Source: the human T2T-CHM13v2.0 reference genome, Homo sapiens
Direction: 5' to 3' (one strand)
Assembly (NCBI RefSeq): GCF_009914755.1
Contig: NC_060935.1
Length of the DNA: 64,000 nucleotides
Shown: positions 55,790 through 64,000 of the stretch, one piece after another
Layout: each line of letters starts with the position of its first letter
How positions within the stretch are numbered: position 1 is the stretch's first letter
Translations under genes and position numbers: made by a program
Notes under the pieces: model-generated
What the model was told of the DNA's origin: nothing
Database searches by the model: none
Seen by the model: only the letters and a program-made list of their open reading frames with translations

Positions 55790-56566
55790 CATTCCTCCAT
55801 CTATCTATGAGGTATTGAGCAACATAGGAAAGGTATTTCTTGCATAGTCCTGAAATGAGGAAATTAGTTTAGATAAAATCTAAAGGATTGATAGGCTTTC
55901 TATGAAAGGAGATGAAGATATGAACATGAACCATTTGATAGGGATGATGTATGCACAGATGGGAATTTGGAGGGACACATACTTCCTTTGAAACTGTTTC
56001 TTAGTGGTGGCATTGTTGGTGTTTGGTGCAAGACAATTCCTTAGGTGAAAAATTTAGCAATGCTGTGCTATCTGCTAAATACCAAAGACACCTTCCCTAG
56101 GCATGGTGGCAAGAACAAATGGTCCCACACATTTCAAAATGTACTGCACTAGGGGAGGACAGTCCCTTTAAAGAATTTTAGAAATTGGCTTATTTCCTCC
56201 AGGGTGTATATAATCTACAATCTTAGCTCCCTTCCCATAAAAAGGCACTATTTCTGTCTACGAGTCTGATCCTTTCATATAGACAATGTTTTCTTTCCTC
56301 TCCCAAAGCCATTCTTCTGGGGGTTTATTGTTTTATGTATATTTTCAATAGTGAATTAATGATGTTCTTAAATCTCTTCCTGTGTAGGAAAGACTGGCGT
56401 TATTCCAGGACAAAAACAGTGTATTGCTTTGAAAGGGGTGTGCAGAGACAAACTATGCAGCACACTAGATGATACCATTGGTATATGTAATGAAGGAAAA
56501 AAATGTAGAAGGTGGTGGATACTTGAGCCCTATCCAACTCCGGTTCCCAAAGGAAAATCTCCTTAG
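49189..56566 (+). CDS. DEFB130: Beta-defensin 130-like gene copy, 78 aa, five cysteines (likely annotated as a DEFB130 pseudogene); exons 49189-49246 and 56388-56566
   Basis: [20 protein letters not shown]|[58 protein letters not shown]; AAAG|gtaag donor, ctcttcctgtgtag acceptor, AATAAA at 56660-56665. The C-terminal CC is reduced to C. Confidence 0.88.
50065..52120 (-). mobile_element. L1 (L1PB-like) 3' about 2 kb in the DEFB130-like intron
   Basis: Antisense 3'UTR and ORF2 ([10 protein letters not shown]..., [12 protein letters not shown]). Confidence 0.9.
52575..52910 (+). mobile_element. L1MA/MB 3' fragment
   Basis: gacaacttggatgaacctggaggacattatgctaaatga... Confidence 0.75.
55743..55808. 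repeat. (TCTG)n(TCTA)n tetranucleotide STR
   Basis: About 9 TCTA units. Confidence 0.92.
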
Positions 56567-58014
56567 GTGGGAGCAAACGTTAAGTCCTTTGAACTCCAGA
56601 ATGGATGGATAAATTTTGCACTCCTGTTTAACCCAATTTCTTATTCTTCCTTGACTGGAAATAAATGTTGTCCTAATCCCACGTGTACTGACTGCCTCCT
56701 GGAGCATTTCTTCTTGATGCACATGCAAGCCTCTTAAGAACTATAAGAATAAAATAAATAACAGAAGAATCGCATACCCTATAGGTACTTATAAAAAATA
56801 TGTTTCTAAGAAAAAAAGATAAAAATGTTAAATATGTAGAACAATAAGAATATGAAGTATCAGTAGGCAGTGTTTGATTATTTGAAGTGCAATGTCAGTC
56901 TGCTTCCTCATCCAGTTCTGAACAAATATCATTTTCATTACTAATAGAGACCTACTTAGATAATATGGGTTAAAGCCTGCTAATCATGTGACCTTGCTAA
57001 CATTGCACCTGAGAATTAGGCGCATGACCATTCCAGTCATTCCAGCACTTGAAGCAGGTCTCCCCTCTACTGCCCCCTGCCCCTAGAGAAGTAGAAAAGA
57101 AGACCTGCTTTCTACAAGTAGGCTCACTAGGAGGAGCTGTAGAGCTGAAGACTTGCTAACTCAGCATGCCTGGTTAGTTCTTTCCAAACTCTCCATCAGA
57201 TAACTCCATTTCCTGGGGCCAAGAAAATTAAAGGGCAGGGAGGATACCAGGAGTATGACATGGCATGAGTGTCACAAAGATGGAAAACATCTAGAATGAG
57301 GCCAAATTACCTCACAAACAAAATTCAAGAGTTTGTATTTTTTTAACCACAAAGCTTATGGTCAATGAATCAGGGGAGGATGGGTTATCTCCCTATGCAG
57401 AGATGTCAGGAGTCTATTAAAATAACGCTAATCTCATCTTCATGGATCTGTTTCTTCAATACTAGTCATTACTTTTTCTATATCTTCTCAGAATCCCTCA
57501 TGAACGGCATATTACTCTGAGATCAGATTCTAAGCTAATCTCAGAATAATACACTAATACAATTTTTACCATATACATTTTACACATAGCTGAAAATTTA
57601 CATCTTCTCTTCTTTGTCATCTTAAGTTATGTGCCACTACATTATCCAGTGTAGCACATTAGAGATTCTTTGATAATTAAATGACATTAAGAGACTTTAA
57701 AAGTCATAAATAACCTCCTATATTAAAATGCTAAAAAAGAAAAATTTCCCACATTTGAATATAAACAAGTGTTCTTATAAAATTTCTAGGCATAAATTGA
57801 AGTTCAAAGATTGAATCTCTTCAATCTCTATGTTAAAGCACAAAGACATTAGAATCCAAATGAATTACTGCCTGAAATGAAATTATCTTCCCCTTGTTAA
57901 GTACAAATTTTTCTATTAAATGTAAGCAAAAAAAAAAAAATCACTCATTCCTTATTATCCGTCTTAGTGAATTAGTGAAAGTTTCTTCAGAGACTTGACA
58001 TTGAATTAATATAA

Positions 58015-58339
<325 letters not shown>

Positions 58340-58644
58340 CATAACGTTTTTTATCTCTGAGCAAGAAGAAAAAACAGCTAAGGGAAATGAAAAAGATAAG
58401 GAACAAAAAGAATCAGTCCAGAAAATCTAATTTCTTTTTATTTTTAAGTGAGACAAAGTTTATTAAGAAAGCAAAGGAATAAAAGAATGGCTATTCCATA
58501 GGCAGAGGAGCCTCTAATTTCTAATTCTGATTGTTTTTCTTAATTTTCTTTCTGATGATACTCTCGATTTTACCATACAATATTGGCCATTTAATAAAGA
58601 AGTTCAGGGACAGACAATAAAATATAAAGTAGAGCAATGTGTCT

Positions 58645-58861
58645 GATCTCCAGCACTGTCAACATTTTGAGAAGAACAGTTTTTTTTTTTTGCTGTGGGG
58701 ATGTTTCCTTTATATTGTAGGATGTTTAGCAGCCTCTCTTGCCTCTAAAACATTTCTCCCACCTGTGAGCAAAAAATAAGTAAATAAACAAACAAATAAA
58801 AATCTCTACACATTACTAAAAGTTCTCTGAGGGCAACATTGTCCCTAGTTGAAAACCACTA
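58645..58861. mobile_element. MER20-like hAT DNA transposon
   Basis: cagcactgtcaacatttt...tgtaggatgtttagcagc...ctagttgaaaaccact. Confidence 0.7.
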
Positions 58862-59406
58862 TAGTAAAGAAATTATCAGTTAAAGTTGAAAGTAAATAGG
58901 AGTTAGAAAATTCACTCAAGTAGAGACTTTGCCTGTAAACTTTCAAAAAGAAAGACAGCTTCACGTATAAAATAATAGATCAGAAAAGTCTTCTGACAAT
59001 CCAAAGATGAATTATGTCTCTTTATCTGAAAGATATAGATCTAGAGATAACCCCTTTTTTTTTTTTTACTGCTGTGCTTGTTGTTATAAATACCTGACCA
59101 TATCTTAACCATTGAGATTTTAGGGCAATGTTGCTCTGATATCTCATCCAGAGGTGCAGAAATCCACGTTTTAGGACATTTAAAAGATTTCTGGGGAAAG
59201 GCTGTCTGTGCCTTTTGATAATAAGACTGGGTGAATTACATGCAATCTGTTGGAGTACTTGACTATATCTTCTGGAGAAGGCCATGTTTACTGTATACAA
59301 TGATATGATTCTGTGCATGGAACATATTATATTGATACTAATTTATGAAGGCATAGTTGATAAACCCCAAAGGAGTTAATTTTATTGTTATATAAAGGCA
59401 AAGGCA

Positions 59407-59682
59407 GGCTGGACACAGTGGCTCACACCTGTAATCCCAACACTTTGGGAGGCCGAGGTCAGGAGTTCAAGACCAGCCTGGCCAACATGGCAAAACCCCG
59501 TCTCTACTAAAAATACAAAAATTAGCCAGGCATGGTGGTGGGTGCCTGTAATCCCAGCTACTCAGGAAGCTGAGGCAGGAGAATCACTTAAACCCAGGAG
59601 GGAGAGGTTGCAGTGAGCCGAGATTGCGCCACTGTACTCGAGCCTGGGCGACAGAGCAAGACTCCATCTAAAAAAAAAAAAA
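59407..59682 (+). mobile_element. Alu (AluS-like, small left-arm deletion)
   Basis: ggccgag|gtcaggag junction; A tail. Confidence 0.93.
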
Positions 59683-61962
59683 GACAAAGGCAATACTATA
59701 TAACATGAAAGCTTGAGATACTCTCAGACCTTTGCCAGTTGTACATTTAGAAGTTTGTTTTGTTCTTTCTATCTTTCTGGAAAATTTGATATGATCGAGA
59801 CAATAGAGTTTCCAAATAAATGGCAAGTCACAAAAATACTTGAAAATAGTCCAAGTAAAATGGATTTTACTATCACTAGAAAAAGATTGCAATTTCCATA
59901 TTCAAAATACAAAATAAAATATTTTTGCTGCTGTAAGAACCATAACTCATATAACCTTGAAAGGTTTTTATATTAGATGTAAAGTAGTATGACACCCAAT
60001 GATAGACTGTGATGGGTTAAAGAGCAATACTATGAACACTAAAGCAACTGTTAAATAACACAACAGTTTAATAACAAAAAAAATTGAATAATCACAATGA
60101 CCCAACTACTTGAAAAAAAGAAGAAAAAGAAATCAAAGAACAAATGAAACAGAACATCTGTAAGATGGCTAAGTAGAAGGTCCCCAGCCTTCATCCACCC
60201 ACAGAACAGTGATTTGGCAACCATCCATGGATAAAATGTCTTTGTGGGAACATCAGGACCCAGTCAGGAGGTCATGACAACCCACTAGAGCCCAAGACCA
60301 AGGAAAACTGCTTTGAGAAGGCAGGCCCATGCCCCTGGGAGTAGGCTCACCAGTCATAGTCCTGGCCATGAACACAGAAACACCGCCATCTGCCTGTGGA
60401 CCCTGCTGCAGCCCTGCTTACATGTGGTTCCAGATGCAGCCTCAAAAGTCATTCCCAAAAGTCATTCAGGAGCAGGTTGTTTAATTTCCATGTAATTGTA
60501 TGGTTTTTAGTGATTTTCCTAATATTTATTTCTATTTTTATTGGGATGTGGTCAGAGAGTGTGGTTGGTATAATTTCAAGTTTTTTGAATTTGCTGAATA
60601 TTGTTTTATGGCCAATCACATGGTTGATTTTAGAGTGTGTACCATGTGCAGATGAGAAGAATGTGTATTCTGTTGTTGGGTGGACTGTTCTGTAGATGTC
60701 TTTTAGGTCCATTTGGTCAAGTGTTGAGTTAGGGCCTAAATATCTTTGTTAGTTTTCTCTCTCAATGATCTGTCGAATGCTGTCAGTGAGGTGTTGAAGT
60801 CTCCCACTACTACTGTGTGGTTATCTAAGTCTTTTTGTAGGTCCCTAATAACCTGTTTTATGAATTTGCGCACACTTGTCTTGGGTTCATATATATTTAA
60901 GATAGCTAAGTCTTCTTGTTGAATTGAACCCTTTACCATTATGTAATGCCCTTCTTTGTCTATTTCTATCTTTGTTGGCTTAAAGTCTGTTTTGTCGGAA
61001 ATTAGAATGGCAACCCCTGCTTTTTTGTTTCCCATTTGCTTGGCAGATCTTTCTTTGAGCCTTTACTTTGAGCCTATGAGTGATGGGCTTACATGCAATG
61101 ACACTGAAGACAGCATACAGTTGGGGCTTGCTTCTTTATCCAACTTGCCACTTTGTGCCTTTTAAGTAGGGCATTTAGTCCATTTATGTTCAAGGTTAAT
61201 ATTGCTATGTGTGGAGTTGATCCTGTTATTGTGTTGTTAGCTGGTTATTATGCAGACTTCATTGTGTGTTGCTCTATAGTGTCAATATCTATGTAATTAA
61301 TTGTGTTTTGTGGTGGCTGGTACTCTTTCTTTTCCATATTTAGCACTCCCTTAAGGACCTCTGCCCTTAAGGCATGTCTGATGGTAACAAATTTCCTTAG
61401 CATTTGCTTGTCTGAAAAGGATTTTATTTCTCCTTTGCTTATAAAGTTTAGTTTAGATGGATATAAAATTCTTGGTTGGGATTTCTTGTCTTTAAGAATG
61501 CTGAATGTAGGCCCACAATCTCCTCTGGCTTATAGAGTTGCAGCTTAACAGTCCACTGTTAGCCTAATGGGATTCCCTTTGTGGGTTACCTGCTCCTTTT
61601 CTCTAGCTGCCTTTAATACTTTTTCTTTCATGTCGACCTTGGAGAATCTGATGACATATGTCTAGGGGATGGTTGTCTTGTGTAGTATCTTGCAGGGGTT
61701 CTCTGCATTTCCTAAATTTGAATCAACCTCTCTAGTGAGGTTGGGGAAATTTTTATGGAAGATATCCTCAAATATGTTTCCCAAGTTGTTTGCTTTCTCT
61801 CCTGCTCTTTCAGGGATGCCAGTGAGTCATATATCTGGTCGCTTTACATAATTCCATATTTCTCAGAGGTTTGTTCATCTTTTTGAATTCTTTTTTCTTT
61901 ATTTTTGTCTAACTGAACAAGTCTTCTATTTCTGAGATTCTTCCCTCAGCATGGTCTATTTT

Positions 61963-62427
61963 TTTATTATTATTATACTTTAAGTTCTAGGGTACATGTG
62001 CACAATGCGCAGGTTTGTTACATATGTATACATGTGCCATGCTGGTGTGCTGCACCCATTAACTCGTAATTTACACTAGGTATATCTCCTAATGCTATCC
62101 CTCCCCGCTCCCACTACCCCATGACAGGCATCAGTGTGTGATGTTCCCCTTCCTGTGTCCAAGTGATCTCATTGTTCAATTCCCACCTATGAGTGAGAAC
62201 ATGTGGTGTTTGGTTTTCTGTCCTCGGGATAGTTTGCTGAGAATGATGGTTTCCAGCTTCATCCATGTCCCTACAAAGGACATGGAATCATCCTTTTCTT
62301 ATGGCTGCATAATATTCCATGGTGTATGTGTGCCACATTTTCTTAATCCAATCTATCACTGATGGGCATTTGGGTTGGTTCCAAGTCTTGCTATTGCGAA
62401 TAGTGCTGCAATAAACATACGTCTGCA
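61963..62427 (-). mobile_element. 5'-truncated L1PA 3' end
   Basis: 17-bp TSD tcagcatggYctatttt at 61946-61962 and 62428-62444. Confidence 0.92.
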
Positions 62428-62804
62428 TCAGCATGGCCTATTTTGCTGTTAATACCTGTGATTGTATGATTAAATTCTCATAGAGAGTTTTTCATATCTA
62501 TCAGATCAGTTTTGTTCTTTCTTAAAAGGGCTATTTTGTCTTTCAACTCATATCATTTTATTAGATTCCTTAGATTCCTTGAATTTGGTTTCAACTGTCT
62601 CCTGAATCTCGATGATCTTCATTCCTATCTTGATTCTAAATTATATGTCTGTCATTTCAGCCCAGTTAAGAACCATTGCTGAGGAACTACTGCAGTCCCT
62701 TGAAGGTAAGAAGACACTCTGGCTTTTTGAGTTGCCAGAGTTCTTGTGCTGCTTCTTTTTAATCTGTGTAGACTGATGTTTCTTTAATCTTTGGTGTCGC
62801 TGTC

Positions 62805-63136
62805 TGTATTAATCTGTTCTCAAGCTGGTAATAAAGACATACCAGAGACTGGGTAATTTATAAGGAAAGAGGTTTAATTTGCTCACAATTCCACATTGTT
62901 AGGCTGGGGAGGCCTAACAATCATGGCAAATGAGGAGCAAAATTACGTCTTACGTGGTGTCAAGCAAGAGAGCTTGTGCAGGGGAATTCCCATTTATAAA
63001 ATCATCAGATCTCATGAGAGCTCACTCACTGGGGAAGCACCCCATGATTAAGTTATCTCCTTCTGGTCCTGCCCTTGACACATGGGGATTTATTCAAGGT
63101 GACATTTGGGTGGGGACACAGAGCCAAACCATATCA
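62805..63136 (-). mobile_element. THE1 solo LTR
   Basis: tgtatt...ccaaaccatatca termini; 5-bp TSD ctgtc at 62800-62804 and 63137-63141. Confidence 0.9.
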
Positions 63137-63409
63137 CTGTCCTTTGGATGGGGTTTTTGCTCTTATATTCTTTGACACCTTTGATGGTTTGATTGTGGAA
63201 TAAGGTGGGTTCCGTTGACTGGCTTCATTTCTGGGAAACTTCTGGGGGCCAAGGCTCAGCTCATTACTCCGGGGCTGTGTGCCCTAATCCTGGGAAGCTG
63301 GTACCAGGCTCCTGGCTTTGTTCTCTTGTCCCTTGAGGTGAGAAACCTGCTGCACTTGACATTGGACATCTTAAGTTCTAACTTAAAGTTCTAACTTAAG
63401 TTCTAACTG

Positions 63410-64000
63410 CAAAAGCACAGACAATGCAAGCAAAAATAGACAAATTTCATTATAATCAAAATAAAAAGCTTATGCACACCAAAGAAAACAATTAAAGAGA
63501 CAGTCTACAGATTGGGAGAAAATATTTGCAAGCCATACATCTGATAAGGGGTTAATAGACAAAATTTATAAGGATCTCAAACAACTCTACAGAAAGAAAA
63601 CAAATAGTCCAATTAAAAAATGGGCATGGGAGGTGAATAGACATTTCTCAAAGAAGACATACAAATGACCAATAAACATATGAAAAAGTGTTCAACCTCA
63701 CTAATCATTAGGGAAATGGAAATTAAAACCACAATGAGATATCACCTCACACCTGCTAGAATGGCTACTACAGAAAAGAGGAAATGTAACAGGTGTGGGA
63801 GAGGATGTGTAGAAAAGGGAACACTTGCACACTGTTGTAGGAATGTAAATTAGTGTAGCCATTATGGAAAACTTATAAGTTTCTGAACAAAAATAAAAAT
63901 AAAATTACATATGACCTAGCAATCTCACATCTGGGTATTTACTGAAAAGACTTGAAATTTGTATATTGAAGAGATGTCTGCATTTCCATGTTCATTGCAG
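63410..64000 (+). mobile_element. L1M ORF2 C-terminal fragment
   Basis: [29 protein letters not shown]. Confidence 0.85.

Larger units (their letters stand above)
60445..63350 (-). mobile_element. L1 ORF1/ORF2-endonuclease region, interrupted by a younger L1PA 3' end and a THE1 LTR
   Basis: ORF-track KKAGVAILISDKTDFKPTKI and [13 protein letters not shown] are L1 ORF2 EN. Confidence 0.85.

Overview
This is primate (human-like) genomic DNA, more than half of it transposable elements. It looks like one copy of the 8p23.1-type segmental-duplication module that links ZNF705 with beta-defensin genes; from recalled gene order it is probably the 11q13.4 copy (ZNF705E / DEFB108B), which I could not verify. 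Three spliced genes can be rebuilt with canonical GT-AG sites. (1) A minus-strand KRAB zinc-finger gene of the ZNF705 family: 5 coding exons, 300-aa ORF, only two intact C2H2 fingers. (2) An intact two-exon DEFB108B (73 aa). (3) A two-exon DEFB130-like gene that the ORF track missed; its frame is open but it has only five cysteines. Also present are a CpG island just past the ZNF705 3' end, a full-length SVA about 0.9 kb upstream of DEFB108B, solo LTRs (LTR12, MER50, MER4, THE1, MLT1), many Alu and L1 pieces, and a tailless 5S rRNA retrocopy. The best leads are the five-cysteine DEFB130 paralog and a predicted distal ZNF705 promoter with a TATA box and clustered DUX4-like motifs. I see no evidence of a wholly new multi-gene system. 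Repeat subfamily names come from memory of consensus sequences and their boundaries are approximate.
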